From: Tubiluchus corallicola
Taxonomy: Eukaryota > Animalia > Priapulida
Assembly: GCA_030141605.1 (NCBI GenBank)
Contig: JAQGDQ010000273.1
Span: 62,001 to 126,000 of the forward strand
Reading direction: 5' to 3'
DNA length: 64,000 nucleotides
The position numbers and the translations under genes were made by a program. Every line of letters begins with the position of its first letter. The first letter of the stretch is position 1. Shown here piece after piece: positions 37,901 to 52,900 of this stretch. The notes below the pieces were generated by a model. The model ran no database searches and was not told the DNA's origin. It worked only from the letters and a program-made list of their open reading frames with translations.

Positions 37901-40900
37901 CCATAATTCAGTATTTTAGCTTTTAAAATGATTGAAACAAAAACAGATTCACAAGTTTACTTTAAAACATTACAACATTTTATTTCAAAAATATCTAGAA
38001 CATCACAAAACTGTAAATAATAGAAATGTGCACCACGAAAAATCTGCTCACATCAAACTAGCGCAGCAATTTAACTAGCATTATTTAACAATACTATACT
38101 CATTAAATGCTAAAAGTGCTTTAGAAAAAAACCAACCTAGAATGCATTGTTTAATTCGTTAATTGCTTATACTAGCTGCAACTCAAAAATGACCAGCTAA
38201 ATTACTGAGCCAATAAAACGATATTTGATTATCAATATCAAAGTCAACAATAATTATAAGCATTTTTGCTGTATCACTTTCCCGAAACATAGTTACTAAA
38301 CGTTTTACATATGCTGAGTAAGTCATACTACAGTTGTTTCAAGTTTTAATTACAGGAAAATAATAATTCCTTTTCTTAACAAAAACCTTAGATATTTTAT
38401 AAGAAATTACATGGCAATGGACGAGTATTCCCACAAAAATCCAACCTACTGTGTAAACTAGACTTTGTAGCTCAACAAAATCAGACTTAGAAATAATGCA
38501 TTCTTGCATGATCAAGTCACGTTGAACATAACAGCACATGCAATGTGCATTGATGCTGGCACCCAAATGACTAGTAGTGCCTAAATGGCGGTGAACAATT
38601 CTCCCACAGAAAACAGACGCGCCCAAACATCCTGTCCCTATTAATTATGGAAGAAATTATAATTTTTGGTTTATAACTTTTATTTTTTATGATTGTTGTT
38701 TCTGTAGTTACTAGCACTTTTGTCGCGGTTTTTTTATTTGTTCTTACATTATTTAACTTTTTCCACACTTGATGATGGCTCCTAGTATAGAGTAAAAATG
38801 TTGCTATTTTATTATAAATATGACAAAAAATAGGTTGGATATCGTGAAATATTAACGAAATGTGCAGAAGAAACTTTGTTATGTAAATGAAATGCCAGCT
38901 AATATGCATTATTAGAACAGTTAATAGTAGATGGGAAAGCAGCTTAATAGAAGACCAACTTACCCTGCTCCAGGTTATGTAAGGCGTGGGAGTTCCTACG
39001 GCCGTGCAAGTGAACACGACAGTTTGACCTTCAACAACAGTCTCATTTTTCCGATCTATGGACACCTGAATAGTAGGTCGTGCTGAAAAAAAAAACATAG
39101 CACTAGCACTGTAATGTGAACCTAGCTTAAGCCATAATGCAACTTCACTTGAGAAAATACTTTGTGAAGGAAACATGCAAAAACTGCTTTAACCATACAT
39201 ATTTTCATATAGTAACCATACAACACCAGCAATTAAAATGTCATCACAGTTTCTTTAAAATGGAGATGTTTAATGAGCAACAAGCTCTAAAAACACCTAT
39301 AAGAAAAAATACAAAATCCCGCAGTTAATAAACTAGGAAAAGAAGAACAAGGCACGGCACTTCAAAGTACTGTATTTCTTCTACAGGTGAAGAAAAAAAG
39401 GCAAAAATGAAAAGAATACAAGGAATTACTAGAACTACAAAACTACTATGAGGTAGGTTGAAACGCTGTGACCCGTCTTTCCTTTTCCTTGTTTTTAAAT
39501 GAGATTTTTTATTCATTGTCACTATTCTTGTCATTAAGAACAGTCTGCCATTCTAAGTCAGTCTAAGAATATTCCAGTCACAAATAATTTTAAACCACGA
39601 AAAGTGAGATTATCTACGCGAATGCAATGTTAAACAAATCAACCTGATCACGGTAATGTTTTACTGCTTGTTATTAAGCTCAGCCTCAAGAAATGACTAG
39701 ATTACAGCCTAAGATCCAGCTGTTAGTAACCATCATAATAATCAGTTATGAATGTGAACACCAACTTGTCTTGCATGTACTAAATTAGTAAAGTACATAA
39801 GCACTCAACAGATAATTTAAAAAAGGGCATATCCCATTATAGTTTTGTTTTATTAACAAAATGGAAATCTTACTTCCCCTTACCTTCAACATACAGGTAA
39901 ACAAAATCCCTATCAGCTCCCACTTCATTAGTTGCAGTACAGATATAGCGGCCACGATCCTCTTCACGCAAGTTCTGTATTCTAATCAAATACAATAAAG
40001 TCAGCATCAATAAATAAAACATCTGGTCAGTAAGTGAAAACCAATCAGATGCTATTCATTAGTTGTCGCAACTGCAATAACGGCCATGAACCAAACGGTG
40101 CAATTTCAAAATTAGAATCTATTCTGTAGACTTAATTCAGCACGATAATTATGAAAACACTAAATGGTTTACTGAAATGGGTACAAAATAGCCGCATATA
40201 AAGTTGTACACTATGTGCAATGTTACTTTTTAAAAACCTGGAAATTCACAAAACTCTCCTAGAACTGTTTAATCTCGTATTCTTAACCAACTTTGATCTA
40301 AAAATGCCATTTCGCACATACAATAATTGCACAGTAGGTGCCGTTTATTAGGCTCACAGTTAACAGAATCAGCCATCTAACTGATTCAAAAACACCTGGT
40401 TCAGGCCGCTTCTATTCAAATGTATATGAAAACTCCCGATAATACACTCAAATAACTCCGCATAATTGACTCAATATTTTTGCTTCATGTGCTTCAATAA
40501 GACACTTTTGTGTGACCAATAAGTTTTATGATTTCTATGTGATCTTAGTTCGCTTTTGTCCTATAATATATTTAGAAACAATTACGTTAAGTACCATTTT
40601 ATTTGTAAGCAGGAATGTTTATCGTGCGCTAATATACTAGCCTAGCGGTTTTACTTTGACTGCAACTAACCTCGTTACCTAAGAATTCCTGGAAGCCAAA
40701 CATTTAATTACTTGCCTGATGGTTTGCTTTTGAAGCTCTAGCTACCTTTCACAGAACATTTAATCAGTTAGATGTTGCTGTTATGCCAGGGATGCAGGTA
40801 CAGTACAATAAAGTGTCGCAAAGTTGCCGCACTTGCCAGTAGATTGCCATGTAAACTTGAATGCTTGGATGACAGCTGTGTTGTTTAGTGAATGGTTAGT

Positions 40901-43900
40901 AAAATGGAATGCAAGTTTAAACTGAAACATCGTTTTACTGGTAGACAACTGCACTGCTTTTTATCACTAAACACCACATCGCTCATTCAGACATGTGACC
41001 AAGGCATTACTCGAACATCAAAGGCTTACTGCAGAAAAGAAAGGCAGACGAGAGTTTTAGAAGCGATGGATTCAGACAATCTAGCTTCTTAGTTAAGCAA
41101 AAATGACCTGGCTAAAAAACTAGCCTTCTCAACTCATAACACTTATTGGCTATGTTCAGGAGTAATGTCACTGAACACACAATTCAGAACTGCTTCTCTC
41201 ATGCTACATTCATTCGTGTGAATAAAACTCACAACGAAATTCTTATGTTGCGAAACATAGGCTTAACTGCACCTTCTGATACGAACAATAATGAGTTTGA
41301 GACATGGGATGAAATTGATTCGGCTATACAGTACACAATAACCGATGATTACCTCGTCCCGATACCATGCGGGAGTTTAGACGAAATTACAGACGCAGCC
41401 ACTTGTGGGGAAACACAGGCAACACCAACTGCAGTTCAATCACACCAAGCACTAACTATTGTATGAGAATTTGTGCATCATACAGCAACAGATTTTCTAC
41501 ATTTTAATCATTATCTGAACTTTGTGATTCAGCTACTCGCAAAAAAATGAAGCTGCTGACTTTGGAGGAATTTTTGTATTTTTTGTAAATAAATAGACGT
41601 GCATGATTTAGAAAAGTAAACGATTTATCTTCTTTTTTTACTAATTCACTTTATAAATTAATATTCTTAAATAACCGCATAGAATACTACATCTGTCGAT
41701 TAATTGGGTCAAAATATTTGCATTCCAATGTGAGTCTATTAAGCAGCACCTACTGAATTAAAGCTTATTTAATCATGTACATTAAACAAGCTTAAACAAT
41801 CAACAAACAAAAGAATGAAACTAAAGCTCTAAAAAAACTAATCGTACAGCCGTCATACGTACTGTAGAGCTGAGCCAAATGTAGTATGTTGTGCTGGTAA
41901 CTCTCCTCGATCTTTGGACCATACAATGGTGGGCTTCGGTATACCAGTCACATTGCATGTAAATATGGCAGTTCCACCGATTGGTTGTGTGATTTGCGGT
42001 GGCGACACTTGTACTGTTGGTGACACTTGAACAAATTATACAGTTTCCGTTAACATACACAATGGATGCTGATTTAATACAAGGAAAACTTTCATTTGTT
42101 ATCTTATTTCCATTGGTAAATAAAACAAACATTATCTATAACAAGTACTTACCTTGTATTACCAGATAAACAACGGCTTCCCTAGACCCAGCCTGGTTAC
42201 TAGCATGGCAACGATAATTGCCTGCATCAGCAGGAGTAACAGAGCGAATTTCCAGAACTCCATCTCTCTCCACAGCTGTAGGATTCAAAGACCCTGATTC
42301 CTGAATTAGCAAGCGAAATTTTGTTACTAAAGTTATATTATTATTATTATTATTATCATCATTCAAGCCATTTATTCCATATGTCTGCTGGGCATATCGA
42401 AAGCACTACTGAAGCTAGTTAGTTATGTTATATCTTAGATAGTATCGCGCGAACAACCATTGTTGTACGTTCATCTGACTGCAGACTGGATAACTATAAA
42501 ATTTCGCATGTAAGCTGAGATTACTACAAACATTGCAAAATACTGATCTACACCCGGGTGGTTCTCACACAAGTAGTTTTTTCATTCTGTTTCCTTGGGC
42601 ACTTATTAAGATGGGTAGTTAATTAAGAATGGGCACTAAAGCGAATGTTACCCAATACCTCGCATTCTGAACAAGTTTCCGTAAAGAGCAGCAGTTAAAT
42701 ATATTCTTTTAGAACAAAATTACAGTGCAAAAAATGAGTGAGAATAGTGACAAGTTTAACAACATTGACAAAGTTTATATATAGAACTGCACACTATTTG
42801 CCAATGCTCAGCAATTGCAATGTTGTTTTTCGTAAAATAACAAACATATTCCTATATTCACCCTACAGCTTTATTTGTGTACAGCTGAAATTTTATCAGT
42901 AGTAATGCATAAAGTGCTATTTTACAATAATTTCTAGTTCTAGTTCCCACTCAGATTATGAATTAAACGGTGCTACATGTCTACAAGGTGTTAACATTGC
43001 AGCAAAGCACAAACCTTGGTCCACTGATAATCTATAGGATCTGTTCCCTCAGCTTGACAGCTAAATTGCACATAGCTCCCTGGTTCAACTTTCAATGACT
43101 GCGGTGACACTGTAACTCTTGGTGGCACTAGAAAAAACATTACCAAAAATCCAAAACTACAAGATTTTGCAAACACAGTATGCACGAAACTTACTTCTTC
43201 TAAAATATAAGCGAATGTTAAGATTTACTAGTACACAGTTAATCCATAATTGAAAATTTACATCAACTTTGCATTAGTTACTGACAGCTGGTGTGGGACA
43301 AGAAAGCGAATATCGTTTTTCATATGAGTAAGCTCTTATACCAGTAAACCTATATGAAAGGATATGATGACAAAGGGCAATAAACATTACCATGAGCCTG
43401 AAATTTAAATAACAGTCACACCGAATGAAAGCTTCTCTTGTCAGGTAGACGACAATGTATGTGCGAATTTAAAACAAACGTATCAAATTGAAAAATAAGA
43501 AATTGCTTTATTTTTTCTTTAACTCTGATGACGTGCTATTTTCTCAACAGATATATTCTGAACAACTTAAATAATAATTTTAAGACTATTACACAATTAA
43601 ACTTCCTACCAATAACTTCCAATAGTGCACGTGTTTCCATAACACCCAGGCGCGACTCTGCCGTGCACACATAGTAGCCCGCATCCTCTTCTGAAGTGCG
43701 GACAATCCGCAGCACTCCTCCGGACACCTGATGACCGGCTGGCAGCTGACCACCAAGCTTGGCCCATTCCAGGTTTCTTGCAACACCTAATGACAGTAAA
43801 TGTGACGGAAAACTAAGTGAGAGGCATAACACACTGGCAATGTATTATAAAGCACAAAGTGAAGCGGCGAGGGAAACGAGTAATTAGTGAACAATAAGGA

Positions 43901-46900
43901 GGTAGACTTTGGAACATTTACTAACAATGCAAACATACAAACAGTGATTGGACACTTGCCAAATCATTTTATGCCAGCAGCTTTCTGGACAAAAATGACG
44001 GCAATATGTGTATTATAAAGCTGAACACACTTGTGCAGGGATAGCGAACTGGCGACTTTTTCACAAAAACTATTAATACTAACGTCAACAAAATATTAAT
44101 GTTCATGACACACATTACATTGCAAATTCAAGCTTACGATGTCACAAATTTAAAATGCAAAAATGACATTTAAACTTCCAACATTTAACAAATCAAGCAT
44201 CTAAGATCGATTACTTTTCACAAGAAAGCTATCAACGCTTTCAAAAACATAAAATTACATGAACTGAAGAAATGTTTAACTAGACTAGATTTTGTAAAAG
44301 CCATGCTGAGATATTAATTAAACCAAATAAACTAACCACTTCTCTGTAAGGTAGATTTAGGAAAAGTGTAATTTAAGTGCATTGAAAGTGTGTAGGAAGG
44401 GCACCACTTTATACAGAGTACAATAAATTCACAAATAAAGTATTGGAAAAGAATGACGGTCCCTTAGACAGGCTTCAAAAACCCCCACCTGGACACGGTT
44501 TAGTCTTCCACAAAGTTTCAGCAATCATCTAACTAAGTACTAACTAGGGCAGTAATGCCTAATTTTAAAAAAACATGTTTTATTGCACAGTCTCACTACA
44601 CTACATTTGAGCCATGACTAGCTGAAAAATGCCAAATGTGCTATATGGCAGAACCAATTATGACAACGGTTTTTGGAATGAAACTAAACATATGCTTGGT
44701 TCTGCAAACATTCATTCTAGGATGACAACATGTTTAGTCTTAGATCTAGCTAACAGCACTTAATACTAGATTACTAGAAAGATAAAAGGAGAAATTGAAG
44801 CTACAAGATAAAGCAAATACAAAAGATAGTGTCTTATTTTTTGGAATTGAAAATTAAAAACTTACTGTACTGGATTAATTAAATGTCTCCATGGCTTTTA
44901 CAAAAGAAATCAGAATGTACAGAATGTATAAACATGGATTGCACATGTGAAATGCCAAAACACGTGTACTGTATAAAACAACATGAAAAAATAAGCAATA
45001 CTACGCAACAAATCTCTATTAGGCAGAAATCTTTGATGATGACACAATGTTTACTGATATTACTAGATGTTGGTTTTACAAAACCACAAACACCTAGTTC
45101 ATAACACTTGTGCATCAACACAATTTCTGATTTTAACCCAGCACATGCAAAGCGAAAGCACAAACCACGCAGCACACAGCAAAAAGATCTACTTTGACAA
45201 TCAAAGCCAAAACAGCACACCAGCTAGCTAAACAAATAGCTAGTCAGAGCATTGTTAGAATAGCAATCATGCGAGTGTTAATTAGGCAAAAAACAGCAAT
45301 AGGGTTTCAGCGTAGCAGCAGCAGCAGAATATTATTACCCGTTTAATGAAGAGATTATATTTGCACTCGTCTATAAGAAAACAGCTATTTCAAACATTAC
45401 TCTATATAAAAGAGGACTAAGCGGAAACTACGTAAATAAAACGTGTAGCTATTTGTTATGAACCACTGCAGCATTGCCTGTTAGCATGTTTAATCGACTG
45501 ACTGCTTAAATGAATAATTAGCGGCATAATTACTGCATTGGTTAACAGCCAAGCTACATCAACTTATAGACACTGTTAGGGAGTTATATATATATAGTGT
45601 ATATATAGATCCTACGATTCTCTTGAAGCTTATATACCATGAATTGTACAGGTAAATTCTGCCGTCGAACCGACTGATACACTAAGCCTACTCGGAGAAC
45701 TAGTAACATTGGCTTCAACAACCTGTGGCTCGCCAGTGGGCATGACAGCACCTCCAGTAACTAAAAAAAGAATGGTTTCTTGATGAATGTTTACGTAAAT
45801 AATTTTGACTTACCATGAGCTACGCAGACGAATTCTGCAATCTGTCCGACGGAAACCGCCAGGCTAGGTGGCGAGACTATCAACTGACCGTACACTAAAT
45901 CCTCTATATCCTGCTTAACTATAGAAATAATGTTAAGTACACCATATCAACGAAGCATCAATAACCAACGAAGCATGAAATGAATAATTCAAAAACAAAA
46001 CATTTTGCTGCACATAAACTATTGTGTAATGACGTGAAGCCGGTAATTCAAGTAAAATATATAACCATGCATCTAAATTTTCACTCACTAATAGCACCCA
46101 CTGATTTTTGTATACAAAAATCAATTTCAAAAGTTTGCACAGACACAATGACTCTTGCCATCTTTCCTTACTTCTAATTTTCTGTAGTTTAGAGAGATAC
46201 TTTATCATTAAGACAGGGTGGCAAAATCATTGTTGTTTTACAGTTTCAGAGCACTAACCTTCGATTTCTAATTCGGCTCTTGTTTCACCGGCAGCATTAG
46301 AAGAAACACAGATATAGATTCCAGCATCCGATAATTGGACATTAGAAATCTCTACCACAGCCGAGTTAGTTGTTTCAAGTGATGAAGCTAGCTGAATACC
46401 AGTCCTACAAAAAAAGAAAGCAAGTGGTAAAATGCGTGTACAGATGAATAGGTGGAGCAAGCCTTATAGTAGTCTAGCATTATGTACATAATGTAAAATG
46501 TATAGTGCATCAAAAAGGTAAAAGCAAAGTGTCAATGACGTAAAGAATAAAACGGATCACAAAAAACAAGATATTAAAATCGAAACAAACCGGAATTTTT
46601 GTGACTTCAAAACACCTTAGAATCCGAGAATGGCACACTTTTACAGCATTTTTAAATTAAGAATTCATAATAAAAAGCAGTAGAAGGACTAGCAAATAGT
46701 GAAACACATGATTTTGTAAAAAAATGAGACTTACGCGTCTTGCCAGTAGACAGTTGGCGGTGGGTCGGCCTCTGCCACACATTCAAATCTGACACTAGAA
46801 CCAACGTTCACGATAATTGGACTCTCTGGTGATATGCTGATCTTAGGCACTCCTAAAATAAAATTAAGAAACAAAATTACAACGTAAGAGTAGCCAATCT

Positions 46901-49900
46901 GCAATATATATTTTCAAGATGTTACAAGCATATAATTCAGCTATAAATTTATGTCACCATTATAGTAAATAAGACAAATTGCTATTAGTACTTTTGCATT
47001 TTTGCATACAATATCACTTAAATCAGTTTCTTAATAGGTTGCATATCGCTGCTACAAAAAGCAGTTTTAGTTGTAAACACCAGATTAAATTACACAGATC
47101 AGAAAATATTAGATTAACACAAATTAAAATTGTTACTGACAAGAATAGTGACAATGAATAAATTTCCACGATTAAAAAACAAGGAAAAAGAAAGAAAGTG
47201 CACAGTTTCTACTCTTTCTTTCTTTTCTTTGTTATTTAATTGTGGGATTTTTATTCATTACACTGGACAAATTTTTCGGTCACATACCTATAAAGAAAAA
47301 TCGATTAACTCAGCTGGTAAATTTACAAAGATGACAAGAACGAATATTATTAATCTTTTTTAAGATGTTCTTTAAAGAACTTAATTTAATTCAAGACCTG
47401 TATGCAAAATATTTCTGAGGATACTTAAATGTAATTCCATACAGTAATAAACTGATGACTGGAAAACTCATTAGTGCATTACATTAATTGAACAACACGC
47501 ATACCTTGAACTAGCAGCTGAGCAGTCGCACTGACACTGCCTGCATCATTGGTAGCAGTACATATATATGAACCTTGCTCAGCGCCCGTTACGGATGTAA
47601 ACTGAAGGACGCCATTATTATCAAACACCTGTGTGTTAGATGTGAATTCTTCCCCACCAACTCTTTCCCATGTTACCTGTGGTGCTGGAATACCTGTACA
47701 TCAAACAAACATATTATGTATTTTAATTCTTACATGTCGACTGATTATTTTTCTGCGATATATTTGGATAAAAAATAATTCAAGCAGAAGACAGCAAGCA
47801 TGAAGACACATCTGTACATGAATTTAAACGTGTAAGATTAAGACAATAAATCATTCACTGATGAGTTAGAAAAGAGGGAAATTTCAGAAACTCATACATA
47901 TTTCTCATAAGATAATACAATTTGTAAAAAAATTATCTGCAAATACATCCAATTTTTACCTCCAACAACCCGACATTGGAAATAAACACTAGATCCAGAT
48001 GAAATTGTCTGAGTATATTCTGGGTAGATTTCAATTTCCGGTCTCTCGCGTCCTACATTAAAACCAGATTTGAAGCAAAACATGATAATAACAAAATTGT
48101 CACTATAGTGCATTTATTATCTGCTTTCTATCAAAAAGCAAGCTACAGTTGTCACTATTCAATAATAGTAAATATATCTAACCATTTAAAAAGCTATTAT
48201 TGTGCATTAAAATGTCATAATAGCTTACAGGGGGACACATTTGCACAGATACAGTCAGAGAGTCTCAAACGTAACTTAAGTCGTTAAGTCATTAAGATAA
48301 GACGCTTGTAACATGGCTACATTATTCTCTTATCCTAGATGTGATATAAGCGGTAATTCTGCATATTGTACAAACTTGTATTACACAATTGCATAACATA
48401 AGGAAATACTCACTCTCCACTTCAATAATGGACGAGCCTCTAGCATAACCTATCGAGTTCTCAGCAGAACAAATGTAGATTCCACGATCTTCCATAGTCG
48501 TCTGGAGAATGCGGAAAATCTCATTTTGAGCCACGTGATTTGAGGTGAGCTCTGCTCCCTGACGTGACCAGGTGATGGCAGGTGCAGGATTACCAGTGAC
48601 AATGCATCGGATAGTGGCTGTGCTGCCCTGAGCTACAGTTTGTCTCTCTGGGTCAAGCTCAACTGTGGGTGGTACGCTGAGACCACTAGGTGGTGTCGTT
48701 ACACCTAAACCACACATAGCGGTTAAATACATTTCTATTTCCTACATCAATATTAAGTTCTTTTAACTATTACTTTGCATACGCTATAATTTCTTGTAAG
48801 TATAATTTCTACAGAATTCCTCTACAGTACTAAATGAGTAAAACGGTTTCAACATCGAATTAACAATACTGAAATCAATGTTCCAGCAGATGATCAGAAC
48901 GTAACTTCATGATCGTTGATCAGTAATGCACATCAAAAAATAAATAAATAAATAAATGAAACATCTAAGAAATGAACATTTTGCTTACCTTAATTCTTAA
49001 CTGAATTTTCAGTTCAGAATGCCCTAAAGTATTTTCTTACCTTGTTCCCAAGGCAGAAACCAGAAAATATTATAAATGACTAATACTACAGATGCCATTA
49101 AGAGGGGTGAAAGTATGTTCATATTATAACCGAAAAATACAAAAGCATGAACAACCTGTTACTACAAAAGCAAACAAACTTGTGAAAAAAATTATCAATT
49201 TATTAACAATTTCATACCAACCTTTCCTGAAAATAACATGACAATAGTACTTATAATCATACGTACATATGTAATAGTACAACCATAATCATAGTAAGCT
49301 AATCAGAGCTAATTAAAAGAAGGATATGAATGGCACTAGGGACTAGCTGTCATATATAACTGAGTGACAAAAGTCAAAAAACAAGATTAGTTGAACACAT
49401 AAACTCGCAGACTAGAGAAAAATGATAGGCCTGCACTGCTTTTAGGCCATTTATGATAAAATGGAAATGTAATTATAAATGCATAGAAGACCTGTATTAA
49501 CAGCCAAGATTTAGGAGATGGTCAACTTCAAACAATAACTTTAAAGTAGTAATCAGGATTTTGGAGCAAATAAGTAAAATTAAATGCATAGCAAATCAGT
49601 ACCTAAATACCTTGCTTATCACATCAGAACCATAACGAATTAGATACTTTATTCTGGAACATAGTGGTTACTGCAACTCATTGATAGTACAAGCGAAATA
49701 CGATAAAAAAATGCAAAAAATGACAATGAGGTTATTTCTGAGGAGACATTCCACTGACTTCTCTGGCGTACAATATGAGAGTTACATCTAGAACATGTCT
49801 TCAATATTATCACAACTTGTTTGGCAAAAAATCTAAACTTTCCAAGAATGCACTGCAACACTAGCATTTAAACAAATACTCTTTTAATTGTTTGTATAGT

Positions 49901-52900
49901 TCACCATACGGCTTGTGCGTACAAGTGCTATACGTGTGTACATATATAGCAATACTCAGCTTACAGAGAACCCATACAAAAACTGGAGCCAAAAACCTCA
50001 TTTTCTGGCTGATTAATCAGTGATCAGTAATTAAATAGATGAAAAGAATATGTACTGCCTTTTAATACATACAACCTATTAATTACCTTATTACTTTAAT
50101 GGAAGACATTTTTTACAAACATTCTCACTGTATTCTAGTGATAGTTTTCATATTTAACTAATTTCCAAAGTTGCAAGCAAGATTTTTGCATAATCCTTTG
50201 ATTATACTTCACCTGGAACACAACTCATGAAGTAAAAACCACAACTACACTGATAAGACTACACATGTAACTGGCAGTGTTTATAACATAGTATTATGCA
50301 GATTCTATGATTAATACCACAATATGTATACATGTACACTAGTAACACACCGGTTTATAAAAAAAAACATCTTGTATGCTGCAAGTGAAGTAAGATACCT
50401 ATAGTTGCCTACACAAAATTGTTAGACTACACATACTTTGATTCTTGAATATAATTTTAATTAGTTTACAACATACTAAAGGCACGCTCGTTCACTCTCA
50501 TCTTGAGTAAAGCATTTGACGTATTATCTCCAGCATCTAATAGCACTACTATCAATGCTGAATTCAAGCACAATACTGACTAACTCTTGATTTGTATCAA
50601 ACGCATTTATATAATACATATTAAGTTTCGTTCTATAGATACTTTATCCATAAGGCAAGTAAAGATTACTAACTGCTTCATGTAATCATGCTGTTGTGTT
50701 TAACCATTAAGCGAAGAGTCATAATCCCGAGGCAAAATAAAAAGCATTAATATATAAAGTCAGCATCGTGTTGAAAACACGAAACAGAATGAAGGCTTAA
50801 AATATTCCCTGGTAAACTTAACTTCCTACAAAATACCAAAATGTAATGACAAAGGTCAATTTAAAACTACAATAAAAAGATCAGCAATCATGTTGACATA
50901 ATCTCAAGAAAAGTCTGGATATTTGAAATACTAAATCGTTTAAATCTGCATCCAGAATACTAGATTTTCGAATAAAAAGACGTTGAGCTGCCACGTATGT
51001 ACTAACACAAGAACGCATGTTACATGATCGAAGCCATGATTCAAACAACAGCAGTTATTAGATGAAGCAGCTAAAGTTGAAGAATAATCTATCTACTACT
51101 GCCGGTAGATAAATCGCGGACGTTGTCGAGGTTCAGGGCAGCACACGGACGGTGCATCTTCCAACTCATCTGAGCAAAAGTAACCATTAGGACACCAACT
51201 CCAGAAGGAACATGTCTGCGGTTCTCCGGTGTTCGGATCGATAAGTGGATCCAGGTTTTTACACTGATGATAAGTCGGTGGCAGCAGCGGAGGCAGCCGT
51301 GTTTCTGTTAGTAGGGAAATGAAACAGGGTTATGACAATGACTACTAGCAAACATGGGGGGGGGCACAAAAGGATTTTCTACTACAAAAAGTGCTATAAA
51401 AAGGAATAGTTTAGTAGATATAGCTGTACAAGGAGTTATTAACTGTAGCGGTAAACGTCGCACAGTTTTTGCAAATTTACTGAAGACACATTTTCAAAAT
51501 TCAGAGAAAATACTATACGAAATTTTCAACAACAAGTTTACCAACCAAAAGAAAAAAGTTACAAATTAGAAATATTAATGGACAAATGCACAGCGATTCA
51601 TGAAATTCATTTTTTACACTATTTTATTTTTTTGTGTTACAGAGATGAAATTTCATTTCAAGTCTTGTTTAATTGGTCTTATGATATAAGAAATATTCAG
51701 AAATTTAAACACTTCCCATTCTCTGACATGATCTTTTCAAAAAAAGATTTGTTCCAAAAATTTATTTAATATGATTTTTAAGAAAAGCATTCCATAGGTT
51801 TTTGATATACACATTTAAATTTTATCACTAATGCTTTACATTTTTAAGTACTATTTTTCGGTTGGATGTAATTGACAACAAGTGACTTAGAAAACCAAAT
51901 GAACTTATGGAAATACAATTGGGACATTTACGGTTTTGTTACTGATTAATATGCCAAAGAATGGCATAAAGCATTTTTAATATTTATAACAACATCATTA
52001 GATCAAAAACGTACGTAAAAATATTCAGAATAAACATATCAGGTAAAGACTTAAGAAGCAAATGACTGTTTTAAATTACCTTACATCAGTTATTTTTAAA
52101 GCAAATGATGATACACCATTAATTTTTTTGCTCTAAACAACTAACCGGCAATATTTCATAAATAAGAATAAGACTAAAATGCAATTTTTGCTTTTCATAT
52201 AGGTTTTATATTATGAAATTTTTCGAAATGGTTTTACAATTAAATGAAACCTTTTGAAAACCGATTTTTTCTACAAGTACATAAATATTATGAACACCTC
52301 AGACTAATATTAATAACTGAAAAATGTTATAATTTCTGCAAAAGGCAAACTTTTATCGAATAAAAAATTAATGTTAGTCGCAGAAATTTAAAATTCCAAG
52401 TTAATTAATTTAGCGATAAAAAAGCAAACATTTAAAACCAGCATTAAACCCAAAATAAGTATTTTTCCAATCAAAATTGTTTAGAAATTTAAAAAGCTCA
52501 ATTTGTCATTGAAGCACCCTCAAAAAATCACTCAAAAGTGGTTTGAAGCAGCCACATCACACCAACTGCAAACCAAGGTTCTGACCACTGCACCTGACTG
52601 ACGCAGAATTCCAGTGAGTTCTATAATCAGTTTCACAACCTTTGTATTTAATGCATATTTTATACAGGTAAAACTTTTTAAAGACAATGACTGGAAACCA
52701 CTGAGGGTAGCTACTGCTGTGGATTTGAAAATAAATTTTAATAAACAATGTGTTCATCAATGATTTAAAACAATAAAAACAAAAAGTTCGATTTTTCTTT
52801 TTGAAAATCGATGGAAAATTGTAATCGTATAACATCATTTACACATTCTTTCGATATTTTTGGCTTCGAAAATTGTGTTAATTAAATAAAAAACAAAGGA

